DNA of 54,709 nt, counting the filler, from Jimgerdemannia flammicorona (taxonomy: Eukaryota), in assembly GCA_003990765.1 (NCBI GenBank). It is 3 parts of 3 records of this genome, joined end to end, with 100 filler letters (N's around TTAATTAATTAA, not from the genome) between each part and the next. Parts side by side here need not be neighbours in the genome. Positions count along the whole stretch, not along the records: positions 1 to 18,173 come from RBNJ01002278.1; positions 18,274 to 36,445 come from RBNJ01002279.1; 1 more part is not named here. One strand, 5' to 3'. A program made the translations under genes and the position numbers. Positions 10,959 to 23,778 of the stretch are shown here, piece after piece. The notes under the pieces were generated by a model. It was not told the DNA's origin. It was given only the letters and a program-made list of their open reading frames with translations, and made no database searches. Every line of letters starts with the position of its first letter. The stretch's first letter is position 1.

Positions 10959-13193
10959 AGTTTGTCTTAACTTGACAAAGTCCAGTATTCTGGTGGTCAG
11001 GTTGTTGAGGTGATGCAGAGTGGTAACAGTTGCTCGTATTGCTATTCGGGGTTTTCAGTTGGGGCAGGCACTGGCCATGTGTCCTATCTTTCGGCAATAG
11101 AAGCATGCTCCACTTCTTCAAAGTTCATTCCTTTCGCCTTCAGTAAGTTTCTTGAAGGTACTTGGCTGGGTGGGTTCATAACTTCTGGGTGTCCAAGAGG
11201 TGGATGTGGAGGGAGCTCGGGATGCTTCATGCTTGGGTTCTTCTTTCTTGGTCCAAGTTTTTTCCTTGTTGTTAAATTGTCTTCGGGGCAGAATTGGTCC
11301 AGCTGTTAGGATTCGCTTGACCATGGTCTTGATTCTTGCCAGGCACCATTGTTGGTGATCACAACCAACTGGGCAGCCTTGTTCTTGGATTTTTCTAGTA
11401 AGCCATTCAGGCAGGGCATCGAATAAATGGTCTGCTCTTATACTATTTCGTGCTTCATCATTGGCAATATATCCTAGGCCAACAGTGTTCAGGAGTGACT
11501 CGAGTTTTGTATAGAAGGTTTCGAATTCTTCTTTGCCATGTATATCAAATTTGAGGTTGCGGAGTTTTACTCAAGATTCAGCAATCATGGTTTCACTGCA
11601 GTATTGAGCAATCATGAGTTGTTTGAGTCTAGGGGCTGCAGGATGGGCTCTATATTCTGGGGCATTATTTGCTGCATTCTGGGCAACTACTGTAGGTTGG
11701 GTATCCCATGTGAGGGATTTTTCAGAAAGGGTTCACCACCATTCTTCAGCAGGTCCTCGGAAGAATGTAACAACTCAGTGGACATAGGCTGTAGTGGTAG
11801 CAAAGAGTTGTTCCAGAGTGTGGTCTTGATTGTTTGTCAGAACATAGTCAGCAACTCGCTCATTAGTCCATTGATTGGCTTCGAAGTTGGTGTCAACTAC
11901 ACTAATGAAGCTTTGGACTTCTTGTGCAGTACCATTGAAGGTAGGTAGGCTCAGATTTTTGGTAGGTTGGGTCTGTTCAGCTAAGGCAGTAATGGTTGCT
12001 GCCATTATGGCTACCTGGGCTGTAAGGTCAAGAATCTGTTGGTTTGCCATATTGTTTACCAGAGGCACTTGGACTGCTGGTAGTGGTGTTACTGGTACTA
12101 CTTGAGGTACTGGTGCAGAGTGTGATGGGGTTCTTTGGATCTGTGTAAGTTGCTAGAGTAGTAGTTGTGGGTCTGGAGTGAGGGCTTGATAGATAACTGT
12201 TTGTTACTGTGTAGGTGTATTCTGTCCTGATGGAGGTACTTCTCCTTTGGTGGTATGTCTGGGATCGAATTCACTGAGATACTCCTCCTCTTCTTTGATT
12301 TGGTCCCCATGTAATTGGGTTTGCTCGGCATCAAAGTAGATGGAATCAGTTGTATATCTGATTTCAGATGGACTTAATTCAAAGTCAAGTTCAGGTTTGG
12401 TATTGGTTTCAGATTCAGGTAGGGCTGTAGCAGAGCCTGCTTCAGGTTCAGGGTCAGGTAGTTGATGAAGGGTTTCTCTTGCTTCTTCTTTAAGGATATG
12501 GCAGGCCTTGCTGTTCTGAAATCAGTAGTATAAGGAGGTCTTGGTCCTAGTGTGGTAAAAGTTGGTAGAGTTGAGCCACTTGGCTACAGAGGCTTGGGCT
12601 TCATGAGGAACTAAGGCTAGAAAGACTACTGCTGATTGTCCTAGGTCACTTGGATTTGTGGAGCTGACAAAACTCTTGTTGAGAAGAGTAAAGAAGGCTT
12701 CAATAAGACCTTCTTCATCTTGACTTGCTGGGTGTAGTGCAAGGAGTTTGGTGAATAGGGTTTCACCTATTTGCTGGTTTAACCAGAGTACTTCTTTCTT
12801 TGAATGAAGTTTATCCCACTTGTTGTAGGTGTGGAGATCAAATTGTCCTTGTATATCAGGTTCAATTCTCTCCAGATTGTCAGATAGTTCATGATAAATT
12901 CCAGTTCAGAGGTTGGGCTTTATACCAACTTGTAGGAATTCTCAGAAGGGTTTGTAGTGGAGTGAGGAAGCGTCTTGAAGCAGAATTGGATTGTAAACCA
13001 CTGCTATCAAGTTGTAAGAGGGTTGCTTTTTAGAGTAACTGTTACATAGTTCTGGAAAGGTTTTCTGGAGGTTCTGGATATTCTGGAGATTCTGGATATT
13101 CTGGAAGACTGTTTTCTTATGGTCAAGATCAATTTCATATGGAGTATATCCTCTACGCTTATTGATTTCAAGATCGGTTGACGTCTCAACCAA
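10959..13193 (-). pseudogene. Gag with CCHC knuckle and long upstream in-frame extension
   Basis: CFYCRKIGHMASAC at 11064-11105; LPTFNGT..VQSFI capsid-like start after ATG 12050; the same frame continues to 13193 with few stops. Confidence 0.8.
12996..13012 (-). other. Probable decayed primer-binding site
   Basis: TGATAGCAGTGG just after the 5' LTR resembles TGGTAGCAG (tRNA-Met-type PBS) with one G>A change. Confidence 0.45.
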
Positions 13194-15094
13194 AGTCTCT
13201 TTTTCGGACTAGTTCTGGATGTTCAGGATTTTCTGTATTTCAGGAAGTTCAAGAAACTAAGACCAGCTTAGTTGAATTGGCGTATCACTGCAGACAATAC
13301 CCAATTAGGAAATTTCGTGATGGGGTTAAAAGGGGGACCTAACAGGGAGTAGATTTACTTAAGAGTAGTTTGTGGGTTATTAAATAGGTTTATTCGCTAT
13401 TCATGATATTGCTATACTAGGAGTAGTAGTGTGAAGGGATATTGTGGGGAAGTATTCAGGAATGTTCTTGTGTGTTCGAGTCTGAGATTCTGAGGTCTGG
13501 GGGAGGGGGTATTTATACTAGTGAGGGGCTATCTGAACTATGCTAGATATAGATATAGCACTAAGTGCCTTTGCTGAGTCAGAATGCAGTCACATAGTAC
13601 AAGTGTGATCTGACATGTCAAGAGATTGTCTAACTGCTGAGTCAGTTCACAGTCATGTCATACAAGGCTAATCTAACTATACTATGACTGCTAGGCTATT
13701 TATGAGTTTAGGCACTGTCTGGATAGTCTTCAATGACATCACCATCAATTGCATTATCTCTGATGAAGTAGTCATCTAGGAATAATGGTTCGCGGATTAC
13801 TTCTCCTTGTTCACTGAGGTAATAGTACATTGGAACTTTGTCTCTGTCCCACAGGATAGCATCATCTGTCTCATATGCTGGATAAGGTGTTGGTGGGCAA
13901 AGGATGGGTGTATTGTCTTCACTTTCATTGGATTTGCTGTCTGTATACCTTCTATAGGTTATGGCACTATGAGTTGTGGGGTTATAGTATGCTGGTGACT
14001 GAGGTTTATGTCGCTCATACTTGGGTGGTAGAGTGGTTGGTTCGATCTCGAGGGTTGTCTGAAGGTACAGGTTGTGTTCTCTGGTCTCTTCATTATAGTT
14101 GAAGTAATCAGAGGTGAATGCGGGTTAGTATTCATACCAGTGGTCATTGTCCCAATAAGTCTCGTATGCAGTTATGAACTGTTGTAAGTTCATCGGTAAG
14201 GTTGGTGGAGTGATCAGGGTTGGCAGAGATCCTTGGCTAGAGGTCATGTTGGCATCAGAGGGATCATTGTCTTCTGCTTCATTTTCATCAAAGTGGATTA
14301 TATTATAGATATCCTTCATAGCATATCCAACTTGGGGCATTTGCAGGATATGATCATTGGGGTATAGGAAGGTTCTGTCTGTAGTTTTGACATACTCGAG
14401 GTACTTCTGGTTGAGTTCTTGTATCATGTCATCAATTTGGCCATAGGACAGGGTAGCAACCATTTCGCTGGTAGTAACTCGGAGGCAGTGAATAAAGGTG
14501 CTGTACTCATAGAAGAGTTCTCGATGTTTGCAGGTGATGAGCTTCTGGTGTTGAGACATCTGGGTAATATCTGTATTGTGGTGGTGTTCGACCATATCTT
14601 TCAGGAGGTGGCCAATCTGGTAGTAGCTTGAGATTTGTCCAATTTGGTGGGCCTCGCTAAGCATGTTCAGGGCATTCCATCGGGCTTCCACAAAGTAGAG
14701 GGGTGCTAGACTATGGATATTCATGAGGGGCAGAGGGGGTGTGGCTCGGTTGACAATGGCATTCCAAATGTCAGCACAGATGCAGTTGTAGATCTCGGTG
14801 GTCATGTTTGTATGTTTGGAAGTTTGTAGTTGTTGTTTGTTTTGGTTCTCTGTTTCGACATGTCTCAGTGCTCAGTATATATGCATTTGATCCTGATTGG
14901 TAAGATTCTGTTTGTGTAAATCTTGTGTTCTGTGACTTTGTATTGACTCAGCTTTGTATGCTATGACTTCGGTTTGACTCAGCTTCATGATCAAGCAGGT
15001 GATTTCCAGATTTGTTTGGAGGTCGCATGTGATTTCAGTGGCTTGTTCAGAGGGTAATGTATAATTTCAGTGGCTTGGAGGTTGTGTGCTTACA
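13013..15094 (-). repeat. 5' LTR of Gypsy element 1
   Basis: Direct repeat of 4636-6717 with identical length. Confidence 0.97.
13708..14805 (-). pseudogene. LTR-encoded accessory ORF (copy in 5' LTR)
   Basis: Same 366-codon frame; the single stop TAA at 14125 is CAA in the other LTR. Confidence 0.85.
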
Positions 15095-15099
15095 GTGTC

Positions 15100-18000
15100 T
15101 GTAGTCTGATCACTGGGGGCTGCTTGGAGGGGGGAGGTTTGGGGGAAATGAGGATGGGCCTGGATATTGGCAGCTAAATTCTTCCTTGTTGGAGGATAAA
15201 GGATTGTGGGAGGGTTGGGAAATGGAGGTGGTTGGAAATATCAGTAGGTGGCAGGAATAAGGCCTTGAGATTGGGGACCGCTGGAGGAGGCTGAAGGTGA
15301 ATGCCTAGGGGTATTGGAGGGAAGCTGGGAAAGGAAAGTGTGCCCAGTGAAGGCAGAGGGTGCTGTGGGCCTCGCGGTATCTGGTAGCACTCATAGAGAG
15401 ATGGGCAGATGTGCTGGAAGATAGGGATGTGACTGATTGGCATATTGTGAGGATTCAGCAGGAGGTGGAAGAGCTTAAAGGAGTATTACGAGGGGAAGAG
15501 GAGGTGAAGCTGCAGGGAATAGTGGCCTGACTATGGTGGCAGGGGCTTGAGGAGGGGGAGAGGCCTACTAGGTTTTTGTTGTGGTTGTTACAGGCATGAC
15601 GAATGAGGCAGTGGTGGGAGGGAGTTCTGGATGCGAATAGTGAGCTGGTGGTGGAGACTCTAGCTATTCTGGACCTATTGCAGACCAGATGGGGGAATCT
15701 ATGGAGTGAGGAGGAAGGAGGAATGGATGCTCTGAATGTTGAAAGGCAGCTGGGAGATTGGTACCCAGACTCTGCAATGGGTCTTGGGGCATTGGGGGAC
15801 CCAGTGAGTGGTGAGGAAATTTGCAGGGTTGTGGCCTTGACGGGTAAGGGGACAGCTCCAGGAGAGGATGGACTTCTCTGGGATTTTTGGCAGAAGATGG
15901 CTGGGGTGAGCGAGGTGCTAGAGGAAATGACTGTTATGTGTGATGGAGTTCTCTGGTCTGGTGCTTAGATTGGGGGATAGTGCTTAGGGCTAGTCTCCTT
16001 GCTCTATAAGAATAAGAGGAGATGAGAGGACTGGAAGAACTGGCGGCCAATCAGGCTTCTTGACATGGACTGAAAACTGGTGATGAAGATCTTGGTGATG
16101 AGGCTGTAAGGAATCACTCAACAGGTACTTGGTGTGGAGCAGTGTGGTTTTGTTGGTGGCTGGTTGATTTGAGATGGGACAGCTTGGGTACATGGAGTGA
16201 TCGAAAGTGCCTGGGCAACAGGGGTGGATGACAGATTGGTGTTTCTGGACCAAGAAAAGGCTTATGATAGAGTGTGGAGGATATGGCTGGAGGGAGTGCT
16301 GAGATGGATTGGTATCCCCCCAGGGTTCCGAGGATCATTGATCAGCCTCTTGGAGGACAGTCAGGCAGCATTGATCATCAATGGCCACAGGGGGGTGACC
16401 TTTCTCCTGGGACATGGGGTATCACAAGGGGACCCCTTGTCGCCCATACTATATGCCCTTTCCCTGGAGCCTCTACTGGATAGAATTCGGTATCAGATTG
16501 GGGGTTTAGACATTTTAGAGATTAATTGGAAGGTGGGGGCCTTTGCTGATGATATGGTAGTCAGGCTGGGCTCCTTGGTAGATGTGGGGGAGTTACAGAG
16601 GTCTGTGGATGGTATGAGAGGGGTTCTGGTGTGAAACTAACCTGGCACAAATGTGAGACTCTGGTGCTGGGTGCTGGAATTGTTAGTGGTGATGTCATTG
16701 GGACAGTGGTACTAGCAGGAGAACCAGTGGGTTATTTGGGGATCTACTTCTTGGTGTTCAGATCTCTTCTTCCCTGGGCATGGTGGAACCAAAAACTTCT
16801 GGAGTGGGGAAATGTTCTGCTGCGATGGGGAGGTCGGCATATGTTACTAGCGGGAAGGATGATAGTGCTGAATGTGTATTGGATGCCGAAGCTGTGGTAT
16901 GTGGGATATCATTTGGATTTCCCTATCTGGGTGGTCAAGGAGCTGTTGAAGATGGCAAGGTCATGGATCTGGGGAGGATGGTGGAGTCAGGTGGGATGGG
17001 AGGTACTCACACTACCCTTGGAAAGAGGTGGGCTGGGCTTAGTGGACTTTGCTAAGTGACTTCAATGTTTGAGAGCTTGGTGGTTACATAGGGCGAGTGA
17101 GCTTAGGGGCTGGGAGTGGGTACCACTTATGCAGAGGTTGTGGGAGGTTCGGTACTCTCTACATGGTGGCTCAGGTGACCTGCTTGCAATGGTGGCCATG
17201 GATGGGAGTAGGAGGATGCGGTTTATAGGCTTCTGGTGGGGGGTGGTGGATGGCACTAAGAGAATTGAACTTTGGTAGCATGGTGATGAAGTCGAGGTAG
17301 ATTGGGGACTGCAGATGTGGCAGTGGGACAGGCTTCTACTGGGTGGAGCTCTGATGGAGAACTTTCAGCTTGGTGAGGGTTTGGAGTGTCTGCGAGGCCT
17401 AGGTGGAGACCTGTGGCCCGAAGCCTGGCAGAGGGTTGGAATTGGGGAGGAGTGGGATTGGAATGGGCTCTGGCTTTAGAGCAAAAGGGTAAGACAGTGA
17501 CTGCCCCCCAAGTTCTGAGTAGTATGGTGGCATATCCTATAGAGGAATATAATGTTAAACTATCGGTCTAGGCACTTGGTGGCCAGTGAAGTGTTTGAGT
17601 GTGAGGATTGTTTCAGTGTTGGTCAGGAGGGTGGTGTGGTACAAATGCCTGAACATTGACTTGGTGAGTGTGACATTTTGGAGGAGTTTTGGAGATGTAT
17701 TATGACCCAGTTAGGGCTGGGTGCTTTGGAGGGAGAGGAAGGGAGGAGATGGGGAGAGCTCTGCTGATGACTGGTGGGTGGGGTTGGGGATGAATGGCAG
17801 ACCCTTGGTTGGGCTTTGGCTATATGGGTTGGATTAGCTGGACATTGGGTTCATGTCTTTGAGGAGGGGTGGCGGGTTGGGGTTGGGGATAAGGTGGCAT
17901 ATTGGGAATAGTTGCTATTGGACATTCTGAATAGCTGGTGGCGAGGTTGGGGGCTGGGTGGGGGGTACCACAGGGGTTTGATGCAGTGTATCTCTCAGAA

Positions 18001-18173
18001 GAGTGGTGAGAGGATTTGGGTAGTGGGTAACTGGGTTGTGCTCAGACAAGGAGAGGTCGAGGGGGGAGGGTTGGGTCCATGGAGTATTGGGTGAGGGTGG
18101 GGTGATATTTTATTGTTAGGATTATAGACATCAGTAATAAAGGGCAGTCCAAGAGACTTTAAAAAAAAAAAAA
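15100..18173 (+). mobile_element. LINE copy A, 3' part (ORF2 RT region, poly(A) tail)
   Basis: SDH, GTAPGEDGL, NWRPIRLL, FLDQEKAYDRV, GVSQGDPLSPILY, AFADDM, GGLGL; AATAAA at about 18136 and terminal A run. Confidence 0.93.
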
Positions 18174-18273
18174 NNNNNNNNNNNNNNNNNNNNNNNNNNN
18201 NNNNNNNNNNNNNNNNNTTAATTAATTAANNNNNNNNNNNNNNNNNNNNNNNNNNNNNNNNNNNNNNNNNNNN
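18174..18273. other. Artificial contig spacer
   Basis: N run containing the all-frame stop linker TTAATTAATTAA. Confidence 0.98.
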
Positions 18274-18284
18274 AAAAAAAAAAA

Positions 18285-19800
18285 TGCAGGCAAATTTGCC
18301 TGCAAATTTGAATGATCTAAGGGATAATATTTGATATAAATTTTTTAATAAAAAATTTTTTTGATATAATTTTTTTTTTACAAACAAATTTACCTATAAA
18401 TTAATATAAGGGATAATATTATATAGTTATTTTTTAAATATTTTTTTATCTCTCTATATAATTTATTCTTTTTTTAAAAATTATAAAACAAACTAGTATT
18501 AGCTAAATATCTATTATCTATATAATAATATCTTAAAAGAAGACTATCTGAGCAAACTTTTATATAGCTTATAATAAATTATAGCTCATTTGTTAAGTAA
18601 CTGATAGTAAGATAGATATACTATTAAAAATTATAAAACTATTACAAAAAGTAAGTATTTAAATAATATATCAAGTTCTGAAAAAGATTAGTTTGAAAGT
18701 TACTATCAAGTAAAAGAAATTAAGATTATTATATTAGTATATTAAAGTTTAATATAATTTTATATAAGTATAAAAACTAAATAATTAATAACTAAAACTT
18801 ATATATATTCTTTAATAAAATAAAATTAATTATTTTAAATCTAATAAATAATAATAAGTATAAAAAATATCAAAGATCTTACTTAAAAGTATTATATAAT
18901 ACTAATGATAAAATTTAAAAGTAGATTAATTATAGTTTAGAGCTATATAAATTATTATAATATTAGATATATAAGATTATTAAAAAAAAAAAAATAGATA
19001 CTGAGCTATATATATAAGCTCTAAAATAGAGTAAAAAATAAATAGAATATAGTTCTAGATAATATTTATAATATATATATATGTATTGGAGTAATATGAT
19101 AAAGAAGAATTATATAAAGTATTAAAATATTTATAAAATATCTATAATTATAAAACTAATTTTTTTCTTAAAAATAAAATAATCTTAAATAAATAAATTT
19201 AATATTCTTAAATATCTCTGATATAGAACTATAATATAGTATAATAATATATATATTTATATATAGTGTTTATATTTAAAATAATAAAATATAAAATTTA
19301 ATAAAATATTGAAATGTATTATATTTTTTAGAAAATATTAAATTACTTTATTATTAATTAAAATATAAATTTATAATAATTTATATAATATTAATCTATT
19401 TTTATCTCTCACTATATATAGATTAGTATAAAGATCTCTTTTGCTATTAGTTTTCTTTATACATATATATAATTATATATTATTTATTGAAACTGATAAT
19501 AATAAATTTACTATTAATAGAATTTTGCAGATACTATTTAAAGATAATTTAAACTAATTAATATTAAGTTAACTTGAGATAAATTGATTAATATTAAGTA
19601 ACTCAAATTAATATAAGTATATAAGTATTATTTCTATCTATCTTACTTAAACTCCTCTATATCTTTGAGATCAGATAAAACTCCAGATAAAAATAAATTT
19701 AAAGATAATATAAGAATACAAATATATATATATATATATATTAATAAATAATATATCTCAGAAGATGTATTGCTCTTATAAGCATTGTCAGTTTTTCCAA
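18285..19800. other. Extremely AT-rich hypermutated repeat relic, family unidentified
   Basis: Very low GC. Begins with palindrome TGCAGGCAAATTTGCCTGCA, which has a transition-decayed copy near 18380. Confidence 0.5.
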
Positions 19801-19820
19801 TATGGCCTTTGTGATACTTA

Positions 19821-21436
19821 CAGTGAGAGACAAAAATAGACTAATATTATATTATTATTATTTTAAAAATTTATTATAATTTAAATATAAATATTATTTA
19901 ATTTATATTTTAACCAATAATAAAGTATTCTTATATCTTCAAGAAAATATATAGTTTATCTATATTTAGTTAATTAATCATATAGTTATTACTATTTAAA
20001 GTTAAATTAATTATTGGTCCATTTTTGTCTCTCACCATTGATTTAGCCAATTTATTTTTATTATTTAATATTTTACATAACTACTCTTTGCTTTAAATAC
20101 TGCTACAACTCTCCTAGGTATACTCTCTATCAATTTAATACAAACATCCTTTGAAATTTCATTTCATTCCTCCCTCATCCTCTCCCAAAGCTCTTCAATT
20201 CCTTTGAATGCTTCCTCATAAGCATTCAGCTTACTCTTTAAGTGCCACTAAAGATGTTCAATAGAATTAAGGTCGGGTGATTATGCTGACCAATCCAGTA
20301 GTTGAAATCCATTATCTTTAAGCCAACCTTTCACTATTTTGGACATATGCTTGGAGTTACCATCTTGCTGAAGTATCGTTTTTTTTTTATCTATACCATA
20401 AAATTTAATAGTTTCTTGCAATTCTTTATGAAGAATGCTGGTATACAGCTCCACATTCATTTTGTCGACGATTCGGCACCTGTATCTGACTCTGTGGCTT
20501 GTCATATATCTCCAAAACATCAACGACCTACCTTCAAATTTGATGGTATCACTCACATGATGTGGCTTGAGCATTTTTGCCCCTTTTTTTTTCCACACCC
20601 ACAATCGTCCGTCAGAGCCCAAATGGTTAATCTTTGTCTCATCTGAGAATATAACCTGTTTCCAGTCATCGACGGTCTAATCCTTATATCAGACGGCGAA
20701 TTGATAGCGAGCCTTAATACATATGTCATAAGAGCAAACATAGTTTCTTCATCTTTGGTGCTGATCTCAGGCCCACTTTTTTCAGCATTCAGCATATCGT
20801 CTTAGGGCTAACATGCATTTTGCCATCTCCTTAAAGTGCTTTCATGACATCAGTAGTGTTTTCTGCCTTCTCAATTGTCACTTGATGAATGACCATGCCT
20901 CATCACGACCAGAAAGCCTATGCGGGCAGCCTCTTTTTGTAATATTTATAAATGTCTCATTGCTGGCGCATAACTCTATTCGTATATATTTCATGATCAT
21001 TGTACCAACACCCATTTGCTGTACAATCTTGCTGGTTGTCTTGCTAGACTTCAATTTACTTATGATAGAGTTGCAGATGGTGGTCAATAGCTTTTTCATT
21101 TTTAAAAAGGGTAAAAATGGTATGGAGAGGTAGAGAATATTCAAATGAATAAGTGTGTGAAGTTTCATATATCTAGTATAATTATTAAATAAGTTATAAT
21201 AAAAAGATCATCAAGACAATAGTGAGGGACAAAAATGGACCAATGATTAATTTAACTTTAAATAGTAATAACTTTATGATTAATTAACCAAATATAGATA
21301 AACTATATATTTTCTAAAAGATATAAGATTACTTTATTATTGGTTAAAATATAAATTAAATAATATTTATATTTAAATTATAATAAATTTTTAAAAATAT
21401 AACAATATAACATTGGTCCATTTTTGTCCCTCACTG
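19821..21436 (-). mobile_element. Tc1/mariner DNA transposon with about 220-bp TIRs; transposase pseudogene about 20079-21099
   Basis: TA|CAGTG...CACTG|TA ends; TIRs 19821-20040 and 21217-21436; motifs RGCPHRLS, SDETKIN, QQDGNSKH, SPDLNSIEHL. Confidence 0.93.
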
Positions 21437-23064
21437 TACTACTAGACCTATCAAAGAACGTGAACTCGGATCCAGAGGGCGCTATCGGCTCGGAGTTTCT
21501 TGGAACGATAGATACACTCCAGTGGGTGCATGCACCTCAAATGAGGAGCGGCTTCAAGACGCTGAGACCCCCTTGCAAAATGTGATGGTGTCGAGGCCGG
21601 TGAGTGTGTCGTAGTGAAAAGAGTTCCTTCTTGGGTGTGGCGTGTTTTTGTGTGCTAGAGCACGACGCCGAACGGGAGGTTATATCGTCAATGATGACGA
21701 AGGGAACGGAAAATGTAACTTTCGATAAGAACTCCCGAGAGGAACTTCCCTAAACAGACTGCTGGGAGACTTTGCCGTCTCCTGGCTCAGCGCACCCACA
21801 CACACTTTATCGTGCTTTTATTTCATATTGTGTATATGTCATGTGGCTGTGATTACTATAAGATGGCGTAGACCGGATTCGCCCTTACTCAAGGGGCGCA
21901 TTAGTTGGCATAAGAAGCAACCAAGGCGCGGCGCGTCTCGCACCGGCCATAAGTATGTTAGCAAGAGATTTCCAAATGAATGTCAAAAAACAAACAGATC
22001 TATGAAGGCCTATTTATTTTTCGTATGAGAGAAACTTGCGACTCAAGCAAGCCCTACAGTACACGTTTAATCTTAACTTACAAGAGAAACCATACCTAAC
22101 GTTCGTTGACCGTAGTTAGTTGGCCATACGTCGAGATGTGGGAAAACCGAGTAGGGGCGGTGGGGTGGATACGTGGGCGGCAGAAAGCGTTTGGTATTAT
22201 CCCAAACAACCCCGTGACTCGACGATTCATTCAAATTCATTGTGTTTCATGGTACATCACCAGTGTTTCCTTGGATGACGAGAAACTCGTAGCGGAGCAG
22301 TGGAACGGATCTCGGCAAAGTATCTCGGAATTTGGTGGTTCTTCGTTGCAACAGGGATCTCGGTGAAGGCGGATGTCAGCGGAGGGCGCGCCACCACAAC
22401 GAACCATGGTGTATACAAACAATTGCATGTTTCAAACATGCAATAATACCAGCAAAGGTGCGAACCGGCTTCGCGTATGTCTAAACGATACCCAAATTTC
22501 CATGTTCGAATGTTATCCCCGGAAACGTCAATCAATCGGCGACGAATGCGTGCAGCGTTTCCTTGGTCCCGGTGTGCGGTTTAAGGCTCCGCGGCCGAAA
22601 ATATACCGACGGACAACGCTGAAAGGTACTACGAATGGATGATGATATTTATGGAAGGGAGAATAGTAAACTTAAAGAGAGAGAATGAACGCCGAATAGA
22701 AAGAAAAATATGTTAGATTTTTATTTTTATTTTTTTAATTAAAAACGTCATTCGGATTGGCTATACCGCGCCGCTCCATTCCAAATTCAGAAGTGTCGCC
22801 GCAACCCTCCACGGAAATAACATAAGCAGCGAGGAATGTGTCCATGGCTTACGAGCACTTACTGATAACGCGTGTAGTGCCCCTCGGAGACTACGTTCTA
22901 TGGGCAAGGTGGAGATAGCATGCAATACGTGAGCATTCCAAGAAAGCTAAGCCGCAAATGTAAGCATCGGCGATGACCGCCACCACATTTTTCCGGAACC
23001 AATAGGCATAACTCTCCAAATTCTTTTAATTTTTTTCTTTAATTTTAAAACCCCCCCTAGGGGG

Positions 23065-23248
23065 TCGGCGTCACCCGGAGTTAGTGCGATACCGGGGACA
23101 CCAGTGGGCCTGAGACGGCAAGCCGGAGCTCAGAACCCAAAGGTCAAAAATAAGATTAACAAACAATGAATCATTGATCCATATAATAGTTGTTAAACTA
23201 TTAAGAACAGATACTACACTTGATCTTAGCCAATAGGCCTGAGAGGAT
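23065..23248 (-). ncRNA. U2: U2 spliceosomal snRNA
   Basis: 5' ATCCTCTCAGGCCTATTGGCTAAGATCAAGTGTAGTATCTGTTCTT with branch-pairing GTAGTA, Sm site ATTTTTG, and stem-loops III and IV. Confidence 0.96.
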
Positions 23249-23339
23249 TGTAAGGTTTCATTCACCGCCAACCCGCCTCTCTTTTATTTTATCTCCCTCG
23301 AAATGGGATGCCGTCGCAGGAATCGCAAAAAAAAAAATT

Positions 23340-23415
23340 GGGAGCGGCCCATATTGGTTGATTGGCTGGAGTCACGCCAATGGCGTCACGGCGCCAAATC
23401 AATCAGATTGGTTCG
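23340..23415. promoter_or_regulatory. CCAAT-box cluster upstream of U2
   Basis: ATTGG three times, CCAAT once and GTCACG twice within about 70 bp, 100-165 bp upstream of U2. Confidence 0.4.
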
Positions 23416-23492
23416 TTGATGGAAAAAAAAAATTATTATAGCGTAGGGGGTGCGTGGGACGGGTCTTTTCGTGGACAAGACAAAAAAACAAA

Positions 23493-23565
23493 TGACTTCA
23501 GCCGGAATTGAACCGGCGACCGTCTGTGTGTTAGACAGACGTGATAACCACTACACCATGAAGTC
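23493..23565 (-). tRNA. trnV: tRNA-Val(AAC), intronless
   Basis: Acceptor GACTTCA/TGAAGTC, anticodon arm TCTGT-CTAACAC-ACAGA, GGTTCAATTCC T-arm, downstream T7 terminator. Confidence 0.96.
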
Positions 23566-23778
23566 CTATTATGCACGCCAAATTATTGATATATATAAAT
23601 AAAAAAGGAGTAATATTATTCACATTGTAATAACGAAATTCCAGTTATGCATTTGAAATCCAACTAGCTCTATAACAGTAACTAGTGTTCGTGTTCCTGA
23701 ATTCGGTATTTACAGTTACAAGGCGCAGAACAATTACATTACAAATACCCCTACTCATACGATTGCCCTCCCCTCCGC

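Larger units (their letters stand above)
4636..15094 (-). mobile_element. Full-length Ty3/Gypsy chromovirus with dUTPase (element 1)
   Basis: Two 2082-bp LTRs with TGTAAG...CTTACA ends; 5-bp TSD GTGTC at 4631-4635 and 15095-15099; order Gag(CCHC)-dUTPase-PR-RT-RH-IN-chromodomain. Confidence 0.97.

Noticed and set aside
18174..18273. TTAATTAATTAA palindrome and adjacency across N gaps (also 36446-36545)
   Set aside because: Artificial linker; the three contigs are not necessarily neighbours.
21437..23050. Short ORFs, an ATGATGA C-box-like motif (21691) and a hairpin (about 21761-21786)
   Set aside because: No matching D box, no recognisable ncRNA core, no protein motifs.
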